Virus record (IMG/VR): IMGVR_UViG_3300044629_000651
Location: 1 to 61,592 of that record
Length of the DNA stretch: 61,592 nucleotides
Strand: one strand, 5' to 3'
Source: a virus
Lineage: Duplodnaviria > Caudoviricetes
Positions 1 through 8,976 of this stretch are shown here, in pieces. The notes below the pieces were generated by a model. It worked only from the letters and a program-made list of their open reading frames with translations, was not told the DNA's origin and made no database searches. A program made the translations under genes and the position numbers. Position 1 is the stretch's first letter, and each line of letters opens with the position of its first letter.

Positions 1-164
1 CCGCTACCATTGGCAGTAGCAGAGAAGTCGATGCCTTTGCCGGATGCCATGACAATGTTGTCGCCAACATACAGCTTCTTCGCCACCGCCAAACCGCCCG
101 CCGTCTTGAGCGATGCTGCGGTGGTGCTGGTGGCGTCGGTTGCGTCGGTGACTGAGGTGATGCC
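1..164. repeat. Terminal direct repeat / circular overlap, copy 1
   Basis: 1-164 equals 61429-61592 except T38 vs G61466; 39-164 is an exact 126-nt match. Confidence 0.95.
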
Positions 165-989
165 TGTTGCTGAGAGGGTTCCGGTGACTGCGAGGCCGGT
201 GGAGGAGAATGTGACAACACTCGCATAGCTTCCGGTTGAATCAGTGCCGTATGCAACAGCATCGCTTCCCGGTATGCGACCAAAGTATGAGTTGTACGAT
301 TGCCAACCTTTGAACCTAATGCCTGCATACTTCGTTGTCCCATCCGCTCCTGTAAAATCCAGCGTCGTTCCAGTTAGGCTGACGCCAAAAGCAGTAAACG
401 ATTGTGATAGTGTCGTCGCCCCACTAGCACTCAGCGTCCCGGTGACGGCGAGGCCGTTGCTGTCGAACATCCCTCTGGTTGTAGTACCAACTGTTATGAG
501 CAGCCGTCTGTCTCCAGTTGCGGAATCACGGGAGATTAAGACGTTTTCCGTGGCCTGCGAACCAATATAGCAAGTAGATTCCCCTGTCCTCGTAGTTACT
601 AGGTAAGGACTAGTTCCAGTCTTTGTTATGGAGATGTCGCCCGTAGCACTCAGAGTCCCGGTTACGGCGAGGCCGGTGGTGCTCATGCCAACTACGGGTG
701 TCGTAAAGGTCGTTCCACCAACAGCAGTGGAAGGAACAAAGTCCAACCTGCCAGCCGCAAAATAGTTGTTTGCTATAGCCCAGTTATACGATGTGCTTGA
801 TCCGTAAATTCGGAGGAATATGCCGTTGTTGTCTGACACGTTGCCGAACGCTGCACAGTTTGTCGCGTTAAGTGACGCAGTAAACGTGCTCGTAGCACTC
901 AGCGTCCCCGTAACCGCCGTATTCCCCGCAATAGCTAGCCCCGCAGCGGCGGTGATTGTGTTTGTTGCTCCGTTTACAGTTATGCTCAT
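1..989 (-). CDS. Tail fibre protein, N-terminal part (continues across the circular junction to 61428-60993; about 474 aa in total)
   Basis: Hand translation from ATG 989 (ATGA overlap with the upstream stop): MSITVNGATNTITAAAG... open to position 1. T/G/S/A-rich with four (G)LAVTGTLSA repeats; joins in frame with the SDYEEGTWTP C-terminal domain. Confidence 0.8.
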   Translation of the reverse strand, partial: MSITVNGATNTITAAAGLAIAGNTAVTGTLSATSTFTASLNATNCAAFGNVSDNNGIFLRIYGSSTSYNWAIANNYFAAGRLDFVPSTAVGGTTFTTPVVGMSTTGLAVTGTLSATGDISITKTGTSPYLVTTRTGESTCYIGSQATENVLISRDSATGDRRLLITVGTTTRGMFDSNGLAVTGTLSASGATTLSQSFTAFGVSLTGTTLDFTGADGTTKYAGIRFKGWQSYNSYFGRIPGSDAVAYGTDSTGSYASVVTFSSTGLAVTGTLSATGITSVTDATDATSTTAASLKTAGGLAVAKKLYVGDNIVMASGKGIDFSATANGS

Positions 990-1204
990 GTCAGTCTCCA
1001 AGCGCCGTTGATTGTTACGGTGTCATTGATTACGATTGCCCCGGTGGAGCAGTAGGTGAGGTAGAACGGGATTGTGGCGGGGGCAGCAACCGGTGAAGCG
1101 ATTGATGCGGAGCAGGCAGCGTAATTAAGCCCGACGCCCCCCGCGCCACCCCCCGAGTTGTTACCTCGCAGCAGGGCTAGTGTCTTGCGTGCTCGCTTGA
1201 ACAC
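986..1204 (-). CDS. Small hypothetical (tail-fibre-associated) protein
   Basis: 72-aa ORF coupled to the fibre start; position in structural operon. Confidence 0.55.
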   Translation of the reverse strand: MFKRARKTLALLRGNNSGGGAGGVGLNYAACSASIASPVAAPATIPFYLTYCSTGAIVINDTVTINGAWRLT

Positions 1205-1213
1205 GACAGCCCC

Positions 1214-1624
1214 TTAAATGACGCACTCAAGGGTTATGTCGTAGCTCGACCCGCTTAACCCCCCTACCGTACTGAGGAGCAAGTCCCCGATGTCGCCGGT
1301 CACCGCGTCGTTGTCGGTGTTGGGGTCGACCAAGTTGCCGAACTGTTCGAAGTTGTCGTAGCCGTTGTTGGTGAGCACCATTGCCACGTCATCCGTGGTG
1401 TGATTCCAAGCCAGCTTGACGTAGGTGAATCCCTGCGTGGTCCAGCGGATCGAAGCGATCTTGATCTTGTCCGGAGCGACGCCGGCGGGGGTTGTCAGCG
1501 CTGAACGATCCACCTTGACGACATCGGTTTCGTTTCCGGTGTCGTAGATGAACGCGAGGTGGACGATGTATCTGCGCGAGTTGGTGTTCGAGAACAGAAC
1601 CCGGGCAACGACGGTATTGGCCAT
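1214..1624 (-). CDS. Putative virion structural protein
   Basis: 136 aa, AAGGAG RBS, beta-rich, downstream of capsid genes. Confidence 0.6.
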   Translation of the reverse strand: MANTVVARVLFSNTNSRRYIVHLAFIYDTGNETDVVKVDRSALTTPAGVAPDKIKIASIRWTTQGFTYVKLAWNHTTDDVAMVLTNNGYDNFEQFGNLVDPNTDNDAVTGDIGDLLLSTVGGLSGSSYDITLECVI

Positions 1625-1696
1625 GACGGTACTCCTTTTCCGGTGCAGGCTTTACGCCCACCCTCCATACGAAGCGGGGGCCGAAGCCCCCGGTTT

Positions 1697-2461
1697 TTAA
1701 CGCTCGCTGACGATGCGGGTATAGTCAACCCAGAGGTTGTTGCCCCCCGCGCCATTGCCGTTCACCATGCCGAAGAACGCACCAAGTGCTTTTGCCGTTG
1801 GGATGGTAGTCGTGGTTTTCACAACCTGCGTTCCATCGACGAAGCCGAACGCGGTCGCGCCGTCGTAGTAAATCGCAAGGGTGTGCCATGTATTGACGAC
1901 CAAAACGGTAGCATCGCCAGCAGTGGTCGTGATACCCGCATCGGCGGTGTCCGTGTACATCACGGTGGTCGCCGCGCCATCGGCGATACCGAACGAAATC
2001 ACGTCATCGTTGGCGGTGTTCCACAGCGTAACGGGGGTGGTGACCGCCGTCTGCGAGGACAGACCAAACTGGATGATGTTGTCCGTCACGTCGTCCGTGC
2101 GGATGCGAGTCTCGTAGAAGAACCGCTTGCCGGTGGCCAGTTGGAACGTCTTGTTCGAGTAGATCGCCACGCCTTCGGAGAGGGTAGCGTCCGTCAGTGC
2201 GAGGACGCCGTTACGTCCAACCGCAGCGGTTGTGGTGACCAGAGCCGTACCACCGGTGTCGATGGCTGCGCCTTGCCAGCCCCACGGAGTGTTGATAACC
2301 GGGCCGTTGGTGATGGAGGTAGCAACGACGAACTGGTGAAAGTCGTCATGCCAAACGTCGAACTCGGCGGAGGACATCATCCCCATGCCGGTACGATACC
2401 TGTAATCCGCGCCGTTAAGCTGCGGGCCGTGAACGATTGGACCTTTGAATCCTGTGGGCAT
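1697..2461 (-). CDS. Putative capsid-associated/decoration protein (lectin-like beta sandwich)
   Basis: AAGGAG RBS before MPTGFK; T/G-rich; WHTLAIYYDG...FVDG resembles a LamG/ConA-type motif. Confidence 0.55.
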   Translation of the reverse strand: MPTGFKGPIVHGPQLNGADYRYRTGMGMMSSAEFDVWHDDFHQFVVATSITNGPVINTPWGWQGAAIDTGGTALVTTTAAVGRNGVLALTDATLSEGVAIYSNKTFQLATGKRFFYETRIRTDDVTDNIIQFGLSSQTAVTTPVTLWNTANDDVISFGIADGAATTVMYTDTADAGITTTAGDATVLVVNTWHTLAIYYDGATAFGFVDGTQVVKTTTTIPTAKALGAFFGMVNGNGAGGNNLWVDYTRIVSER

Positions 2462-2531
2462 TTTGATCTCCTTCAAGAAAATGCGGGTTTAGGTGGCTGG
2501 ATACTATCAGGGTTTTCGGAGGGGATCAAGT

Positions 2532-2560
2532 AAAAGAAAGGCCACCCGAAGGTGGCCTTT
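2532..2560 (-). terminator. Intrinsic terminator after major capsid gene
   Basis: AAAGGCCACC-TTCG-GGTGGCCTTT-CTTTT on the minus strand. Confidence 0.85.
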
Positions 2561-2583
2561 CCTCGACCGGGAACCCCCAATCC

Positions 2584-3495
2584 TTACGCGCCGCTCGATG
2601 CGTACGCTCCGCGCGGGTTTCCGAACAGGAAGCCGTAACGCTCTCGTACCCGATAGCGTATGTTACCTGTGTTATCGTCGGAGTCCATCTTCTTGCGAAG
2701 CGGGGAGCGCTCGACGTACTGCAGGCCGTTCTCAGCGTCGGTGGTGATGAACCACGCATCCGGGTCACTGAGGAACACGTTGGTGGAGAAGCCGCCAGCG
2801 ATCAGCCCCATCGACTTGATGGCGTTGAGATCGTTGTCAGCCGTACCCACGCGACCATCGGTCTTCAACAGACGCTGCGAGACGAACTGAAGTTCGGTCG
2901 GGACGATCAGCTTCTTGGCCGTCAGGTGCACCGGCAGGCCGCGCTCGTCAGTAGCATCGCCGATCAGGATCAGCATGTCTTCCAGCGAGGTTTCCGAGAT
3001 GTCGGCTTGCGTCGACAGCGTGTTGGCCAGCGTGCCCCCACCCATCAGCGGATGGTCGGTAGCAAACAGAACCTTGCCGTCGCCGCCGGTGTAGCCAGCG
3101 GTGAAGCCGTAGTTCAGCAGGTTGGCACCCTTGACGTTCTTGGTGTATTGCATCGAACGGGCGAGAGCCTTGGCCATCTGCGAGCCGAGGTCGGCGTACA
3201 GGTCGTCTTCCTGCGCTTCTTCGGTGATCGCCACCGCGAGAGCAACAGTTTCGAACACCAGACGGGCAACCCAGCCTTCGGAACCTTCGTCGAAGGTGTA
3301 GCCGGAGCCTTCGGCTTTGACCACGCCGCCGCCCAGACCGGACATCAGAACCTGCTCGATGTACGCCTTCTTGGATTCCTTGGCAACGGTGCAGAAGTCA
3401 CGCCAGCCTTCGGGTTGGGACTTGTACTCAAGTCCGAAAACTGCATCAAGCCCTTCTTGCAGTTGCTTTTTGATAAGTGCGCGATTCATTGCCAT
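2584..3495 (-). CDS. Major capsid protein (Mu gpT-like HK97 fold)
   Basis: 303 aa; ITEEAxEDDLY, LIVPxEL and C-terminal RERYGF..NPRGAYAS motifs; follows scaffold; strong RBS and terminator. Confidence 0.85.
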   Translation of the reverse strand: MAMNRALIKKQLQEGLDAVFGLEYKSQPEGWRDFCTVAKESKKAYIEQVLMSGLGGGVVKAEGSGYTFDEGSEGWVARLVFETVALAVAITEEAQEDDLYADLGSQMAKALARSMQYTKNVKGANLLNYGFTAGYTGGDGKVLFATDHPLMGGGTLANTLSTQADISETSLEDMLILIGDATDERGLPVHLTAKKLIVPTELQFVSQRLLKTDGRVGTADNDLNAIKSMGLIAGGFSTNVFLSDPDAWFITTDAENGLQYVERSPLRKKMDSDDNTGNIRYRVRERYGFLFGNPRGAYASSGA

Positions 3496-3510
3496 GATCG
3501 TTCTCCTTGA

Positions 3511-4059
3511 TTAGGCCATGAGAGGCACGTTGTTGAACACAATAACCTTGGCGTTGATGCCCCAAGCGTTATCCGCTTTTGCCGCCAGCCCGTAAACCAT
3601 CCACTGGCCGGTGCCGGTGTCACTGATGTCGATCTCCTGCCCGGACTGGCCGGTCAGCGTCGAACCTGCGTGGTCGGCTTCCATGTCGTAGGCAACACCT
3701 ACGCTGGCCACAGTGCTGGTGGTGCCGGTGTCGGTCTGCACTTCGTACAGGATGTCCGGGTCGACATAGACGAGTGCCTTGACGACAGCAGCAGTGTCGG
3801 TCAGGGCAACGCCGGGCCAGTACTTCGAGAAGATCACTTCGCCAGCGTTGTTGCGGTACTCGCAGCCGGCGAACACGCCGAGGACGGTCGCGGAGTCTTG
3901 CGCCGCGATGTTGACCAGACCGGAAGCGAGGATCACGGAGTCGCCGTAATAGATGGCGGTGCCGTAGTTGTAAGCGATGGTGAATTCAGCGGTGCGGATT
4001 TCGCCACCACCTTTGTGCCCGCAGGGTACGAACCCACGCGGAGCGTCGACGTTTGCCAT
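3511..4059 (-). CDS. Capsid cement/decoration-like protein
   Basis: 182 aa, MANVDAPRGF start typical of the gene preceding this MCP type. Confidence 0.6.
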   Translation of the reverse strand: MANVDAPRGFVPCGHKGGGEIRTAEFTIAYNYGTAIYYGDSVILASGLVNIAAQDSATVLGVFAGCEYRNNAGEVIFSKYWPGVALTDTAAVVKALVYVDPDILYEVQTDTGTTSTVASVGVAYDMEADHAGSTLTGQSGQEIDISDTGTGQWMVYGLAAKADNAWGINAKVIVFNNVPLMA

Positions 4060-4176
4060 GATTGGCTCCTTTGTCAGATGAAAAGACTGTTTCGCCCCAA
4101 CATCTGCGCAGAAGGAATAGTCGGCATCTGCGCCCAGCCAGCGGTTCGGGACACCAAAACCACCGTGTAAGCAAAC

Positions 4177-4205
4177 AGCCTACCGACTATTTTCTACCTT
4201 GTCAA
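4177..4205 (-). promoter_or_regulatory. Sigma70-like promoter for capsid genes
   Basis: TTGACA-17 nt-TAGGCT on the minus strand in an intergenic gap. Confidence 0.7.
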
Positions 4206-4209
4206 GCGC

Positions 4210-4713
4210 TTACTCGTCGTTTTTGATGTTGATCATCCTCGTCGAGGTTTTCCGCTCCTGCGTGATGGGCATGTCAGCGCGTGAGTGCTTCTGGAGTTCG
4301 CCTTCGATCCCTGCCGTGGTAGCGTCCGTCTTGGCCCGATAGTGGTCGTTGCGCTTCTTGACCATCTTCTCTGGCATCTCGCACAGCAGACTGCCCTCGA
4401 CGCCGATGCAACCGGCCCACTTGCCGTGGGAGATTGTCGGGCTGTGCCAGCTGGCCGGCACGGACGACGCGGGACGGGGTTTCCAGCCTTCACGGAACTT
4501 GCGCGCCGTGTTGGTCGGGTCATCCTGCCCCATCGAGCCTACGCGAATCCAGCGCTGGACGAAGCCTTTGCGCGCGGGAGGGGCTTCAAGGCTGGTGGGG
4601 CGAACCCACGGCTTGTCCTCCTCGGCATGGACATCGACATCATCCCACGTCTCGTACTGGCGGGTTTCATGCACGGGCGGGGCCGCGCGGTCTTGTGAAA
4701 TAGTGCGTTCCAT
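4210..4713 (-). CDS. Conserved phage head-module hypothetical protein
   Basis: AAAGGA RBS before MERT; LEAPP..GF..RWIR and REGW motifs. Confidence 0.7.
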   Translation of the reverse strand: MERTISQDRAAPPVHETRQYETWDDVDVHAEEDKPWVRPTSLEAPPARKGFVQRWIRVGSMGQDDPTNTARKFREGWKPRPASSVPASWHSPTISHGKWAGCIGVEGSLLCEMPEKMVKKRNDHYRAKTDATTAGIEGELQKHSRADMPITQERKTSTRMINIKNDE

Positions 4714-4732
4714 CTTGTGTTCCTTTCTTGAT

Positions 4733-5755
4733 TTAGGCGGCAGCGGGACGTTTGTTTCGAGCGTACTCACGGAGAACCTCCTTGTTGGCTGTGTCGAGGC
4801 CGAAGCGGCGCATGTTGGCCAGATCAGCCCGGGTCAGGGTGATGGTCTTGCGGGAGCGGTTGCTGGCCGGCGCATTCCCGGCAGGGGCGACGGGGCTACG
4901 GACAACTGCTGCCGACTTCCGCAGGGTGGGGAACGCCGCGTCGATGCGCGCATCCAGTTCGGTGTAGTAGTCAGTCGATTTGGGGTCGTACCCCTCACGG
5001 ATGAGCTTCTTGTCGACCGACAGGACGAAATCCTTGTGCGCTTCAAACTTCGGATTGTTGAACCAGACCTTGTTCGCACCCAGCCACTTGACCGCCAGAG
5101 GTGCCGGGGCGGGACGTTGGGCGGGGGCGGCGGGTTGCGCGGCAGCGTTGGGTTGCGGCTGGGGCGCAGCGGAGGTGACCTTCTCCGGGTCGGGCAGGCT
5201 GGCCTTCGCCTGACGTACCTGATTCTGCTGGTAGCGCAGCGTATCCAGATCGCCCTTGGCCTTGAGTTCCGCATCGAAGTCGCCGGCCTCCTGCGCCTTG
5301 CGCACCTCTGCTGCCTTCAGCGCGATGTCCTTGTCGTAGGCGTAGTCGAGTGTCTCCGCGAACTGCCGTTGGATCACGGCGTTCTGCTTCTTCACCGCTA
5401 CCAACTCGTCGTCGCGCTCCTTGGCGAGCTTGGCCACACGGATGGCCACGTCGCGCACCCGATCCCGCTCGGCGATGATCTCTTGGCGCAGCCGCTTCTC
5501 ACGGAGGAACCGCTTCTTGGTTTTCTCCGATGCGCCTTCCATCGCTACCGCATCGGCGGCGTCCTCGTCATCCTCGGGCACAGCATCCTCGGCGACAGCT
5601 TCGGCCTCCGGTTCCGCTGCGACTTCCTCAGCAGCGGGTTCGTCCGATTCATCGGACTCATCGACTACAACCTCAATGTCGTCGCCGATATCGGCACCCT
5701 CGAACTCCGCATCACTGGGGTCGAGGTCATCAACTACTTCATTTTCTGTCGTCAT
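4733..5755 (-). CDS. Scaffolding protein
   Basis: 340 aa; acidic N-terminus, coiled coil, WF..YY.ELD.R motif; between portal and capsid. Confidence 0.7.
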   Translation of the reverse strand: MTTENEVVDDLDPSDAEFEGADIGDDIEVVVDESDESDEPAAEEVAAEPEAEAVAEDAVPEDDEDAADAVAMEGASEKTKKRFLREKRLRQEIIAERDRVRDVAIRVAKLAKERDDELVAVKKQNAVIQRQFAETLDYAYDKDIALKAAEVRKAQEAGDFDAELKAKGDLDTLRYQQNQVRQAKASLPDPEKVTSAAPQPQPNAAAQPAAPAQRPAPAPLAVKWLGANKVWFNNPKFEAHKDFVLSVDKKLIREGYDPKSTDYYTELDARIDAAFPTLRKSAAVVRSPVAPAGNAPASNRSRKTITLTRADLANMRRFGLDTANKEVLREYARNKRPAAA

Positions 5756-5764
5756 GGTGTCTCC

Positions 5765-6181
5765 TTATTTCGACGTTTGCAGGGTTGCGGGGTTAGGCAC
5801 GGTGGCGAGAATCTCGTCGTCGTTGATCAGCAGCACCTTGACGCCCTTGTGGGTGAGCTTCTGGCCAGCGTATCTGCCGAAGGCGACGTAGTCGCCCACT
5901 TTGGGGAAGTCCGGCCCGGTTTCCGTGCCTGTGCCCCCCAGCCGCTCATGCTTGCCAGCCATCGGCCCGAGCGCCACGACCTTCCCGATGAAGTTCAGGA
6001 TTTCCTGCGCTTCTTGGTTTGCCAGCGCCAGCACGATTCCGCCCTTGGAAACTTCCTTGGGGCGGGTGGGTGCAACCAGCATCCGCCAGTAGGATGGCTT
6101 GGGCAAGTCTTCGAAAAATGCTTCAGGTAGCTCCGCGTCCTCGTTGCTCCACCCGGAATTGCCCTCGTCGTAGTTGCTCAA
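5765..6181 (-). CDS. groES: GroES/Cpn10-like co-chaperonin
   Basis: P..WRMLV, SKGGIVL mobile loop, GKVVALGP, KVGDYV.FGRYAG, LINDDEILA. Confidence 0.9.
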   Translation of the reverse strand: MSNYDEGNSGWSNEDAELPEAFFEDLPKPSYWRMLVAPTRPKEVSKGGIVLALANQEAQEILNFIGKVVALGPMAGKHERLGGTGTETGPDFPKVGDYVAFGRYAGQKLTHKGVKVLLINDDEILATVPNPATLQTSK

Positions 6182-6182
6182 T

Positions 6183-6386
6183 CTATTCTCCTTCGTCGTC
6201 GTTGAAAAACTTTTCGAAAACTTTGTCCGTCGCCTCGATGGCGTCGGCCAGTCCTTGAATCCGCCCCACCTGCTGCCGGTACTCGGCGTAGTCCGCCGCG
6301 CGCCCGGCGGAGAGCCGCGATGAAATGCTGGCCATCTCCTTGGCTATCGCCTCCCGCAAGACGGCTCGTATCTGCGTCAGTTGCAT
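6183..6386 (-). CDS. Small conserved phage protein
   Basis: 67 aa, DYAEYR..VG.I.GL motif; commonly found between portal and GroES. Confidence 0.65.
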   Translation of the reverse strand: MQLTQIRAVLREAIAKEMASISSRLSAGRAADYAEYRQQVGRIQGLADAIEATDKVFEKFFNDDEGE

Positions 6387-6396
6387 TAGCTTCTCC

Positions 6397-8955
6397 TTAT
6401 ACGAATCGTGCTTGTGGTTGGTTAATGCCTTGTGCTATCGGGGCCGGGCCCCCACCCTGCCCCTGCATCATCATGCGCGACAGCGCCGTCACCACGTCGG
6501 TGAAGGGTTTGCCCAGTGCCTTGCTGATCACCGCCAGTTCCCTCGGCGACATCTGCAACCCGGCCTGCTTGATGAACTCGTCCGCCTGCTTGACCAGTTC
6601 CGGGGAAATGCCGGCAATAGCGTCTTCCCGATCTACCTCCTGCGCAAGCTCGACGTTCTTCCGCTGCTGATCCGACTGGACTCCGGCATTCTTCCGCTGC
6701 TGCTCGGCGTCGAACGCCATCTGCTTGCGCTTTTCCTCGGCCTCGAACGCCGCCTGCTTGAACGCTTCGTCCTGCTGCGGTTGTTGCGCCTGTTGCTGGG
6801 CTTGCTGCTGCGCCTGTTGTTGCTGCATGAACTGCTGCATCGCCTGTGCTGTCATCAGGGCCAGTTGGCTCTCGATCTGCGGGGGCAACTCCTGCCCCAA
6901 CGCCTCGGCGTTCGTCGCTTTCCAATTCATCGGCGGAAGCTGCACACCCTGCTGCGCCAGTACTTGCGCAATCTGCATGTACCCGGCCATCGCCATGTGC
7001 TCCGCGATGTGGGCGTTCATCCCTGCCTGCCGCTCTTGGGGCATCCCCGTCATCTGCATCATGTGCACCTGCAAATGCGCCTGATGGTTCTGCTCGATGA
7101 ACGCTTTGATCGGACGGCCCAGCATGTAAGCACTTCCTTCGGACGCCGGGTCGAGCCGCTGCGCATCCGCCGGTTTCGGGAACACGCTCTCGGGGTTGGG
7201 GAAGCGCATAGCCGACAGCAAGCCTATTGCCGCCACGCGGCGGTCTGCAAGGTCGGGCATCGACTGAGCAAGCTGGAGGGCCGACTGCGCCATCGCTATA
7301 CGCTGCGCGCTGCTGAAGATGTTGGGGTCCGACACGGGGATGACATCCACCCGCCCGTCGTAGTCGCTGCGCAGCACGTTCTGCTGGCCATCCGCCGGCA
7401 TGTAGGGGTACACCTCGGGGAGCGACTCGCCGTTCAACTCGGCAAGGTGCATGAACTCCGTGCCGAAGGCGTAGTGCAACCGCTTGTGGATGCCGCTGAA
7501 AACCTTGCTGCCCTGCTCGATCTGCGCCACCATCGTACCCACCGGGCCGGTCGTTGCCGCGTCCCCTACCATCGTCTCGGTCGTCGCCGCAAAGCGCTGC
7601 CCCAGTTCCGTGATGGTCCCCAGCAAGCTGAACAGTACCTGACTCGGCTCCTTGAACGGTGGCGTGTAAAACGCACGGGCCAGTTCCTCCGCCGTCATCT
7701 CGGTGTCGAGCCACACTCCCGGCTCAAGCTGCACATCCCCGGGCAGCTTGGCATCCTTGGACTTGAAGCCTCCCTGCAGGGTAGCGAACGCGCCGGCGTC
7801 CAGCAGGATGCGCAGGATTTCCGTCGCCGCCTCACCGAGGTTGCCGATGCAGTGCAGCAGGCCGAAGCCGTAGAACCCGAACCCGGGCAGGAATTTCTTG
7901 TGCGTGAACCACACCCGCTTCTGGCGCGTCTCGTCCGTCTCCCGCCAGTTGCGCCGGATACCGATGATCGTCTCGCTCGCCGAATCCACCGTGACGATGT
8001 ACGGCAGGGCGTAGTCATCCTCCATCCCGGGCAAGTCGTAGTCGATATGCACTTCGTAGAGGTGGTACTCCTTGTCGCCGTCCAGCCTCGCGCCGGGCTT
8101 TTCCTGCCCGTCGAGGTCCGTCAGCACCTCCGTCAGCGCGGGCTCCGCATCATTGTTGTCCTCGGGGTCGCAGTGCTCAAGCAACTCGTCCGAATACATC
8201 CCCGCCGCCACCGCGCGTCGCATGGCGTTCTTGGTCATCGGAATCACATGGGTGTAGCGCGGGGCCGTGGTCAGCGACTTGGTGTCGTAGGGGGCGATGA
8301 AATGATCCGACCGCACCCAGCGGGAGACATTCTTGCCCGTGACAGGGTCGGTGTATTGCTTGTCGAACTCGCTGCCCGAAAACGGCAGCAGGTACAGCAT
8401 CTGGTCGCGCTCCTCGTAATACCCGCGATCCTCGATGGTCAGTTGGTAGTTCATGTGCTGCTCGATCCGCGCGCCCTGCGCCAGCACTTCGGGCGTCTGC
8501 TGCCCGATGATGTTCGATTTCACCGGCCCGCCGGGCGGGAGCAGTTCCGCCATCGCGCGCGCTTGGAACTGGGTCGCCGCTTCGATCAGCAACGGATGGG
8601 TCACGCGGCTGATACCGTTCTCCGCATCGTCGTCCGGGGAATAGACGCCAAGCGCCTTCAGCCCTTTCTTGAACGTACTGAACCATTCCTTGCGCGACTC
8701 GTCGTCCGCGCGCACCTTCTCCACGATGTCGCAACCGATTTCCTTCAACTGGTCTTCGGTGAAAATCTCCACCAAGTTCGCGTTGAACGGTATCGTGTCG
8801 ATACTCAGGCACACCGCCATGCAGTCGTCTTCCAGCACCTCGCCGGTCTCCGCGTCGAGCGTGATCTCGTCGCGCTCCTCAAGGGGAATCTCGTCTTCCA
8901 GTTCCGCTGATTCGGGCAGGAGGGAGTCGTCTTGCGTCATCTTGTTCATGTACAT
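6397..8955 (-). CDS. Portal protein
   Basis: 852 aa directly after TerL; HPLLIEAATQFQARA..ELLP..GPVK, PGFGFYG.GL, PVSDPNIFS; Q-rich tail. Confidence 0.85.
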   Translation of the reverse strand: MYMNKMTQDDSLLPESAELEDEIPLEERDEITLDAETGEVLEDDCMAVCLSIDTIPFNANLVEIFTEDQLKEIGCDIVEKVRADDESRKEWFSTFKKGLKALGVYSPDDDAENGISRVTHPLLIEAATQFQARAMAELLPPGGPVKSNIIGQQTPEVLAQGARIEQHMNYQLTIEDRGYYEERDQMLYLLPFSGSEFDKQYTDPVTGKNVSRWVRSDHFIAPYDTKSLTTAPRYTHVIPMTKNAMRRAVAAGMYSDELLEHCDPEDNNDAEPALTEVLTDLDGQEKPGARLDGDKEYHLYEVHIDYDLPGMEDDYALPYIVTVDSASETIIGIRRNWRETDETRQKRVWFTHKKFLPGFGFYGFGLLHCIGNLGEAATEILRILLDAGAFATLQGGFKSKDAKLPGDVQLEPGVWLDTEMTAEELARAFYTPPFKEPSQVLFSLLGTITELGQRFAATTETMVGDAATTGPVGTMVAQIEQGSKVFSGIHKRLHYAFGTEFMHLAELNGESLPEVYPYMPADGQQNVLRSDYDGRVDVIPVSDPNIFSSAQRIAMAQSALQLAQSMPDLADRRVAAIGLLSAMRFPNPESVFPKPADAQRLDPASEGSAYMLGRPIKAFIEQNHQAHLQVHMMQMTGMPQERQAGMNAHIAEHMAMAGYMQIAQVLAQQGVQLPPMNWKATNAEALGQELPPQIESQLALMTAQAMQQFMQQQQAQQQAQQQAQQPQQDEAFKQAAFEAEEKRKQMAFDAEQQRKNAGVQSDQQRKNVELAQEVDREDAIAGISPELVKQADEFIKQAGLQMSPRELAVISKALGKPFTDVVTALSRMMMQGQGGGPAPIAQGINQPQARFV

Positions 8956-8976
8956 GATCGTTTCCTTATATAGGCG

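Noticed and set aside
1-989. Diversity-generating retroelement acting on the tail fibre (A/C mismatch in the end repeat)
   Set aside because: No reverse transcriptase and no TR/VR pair with multiple adenine-specific mismatches; one mismatch is insufficient.
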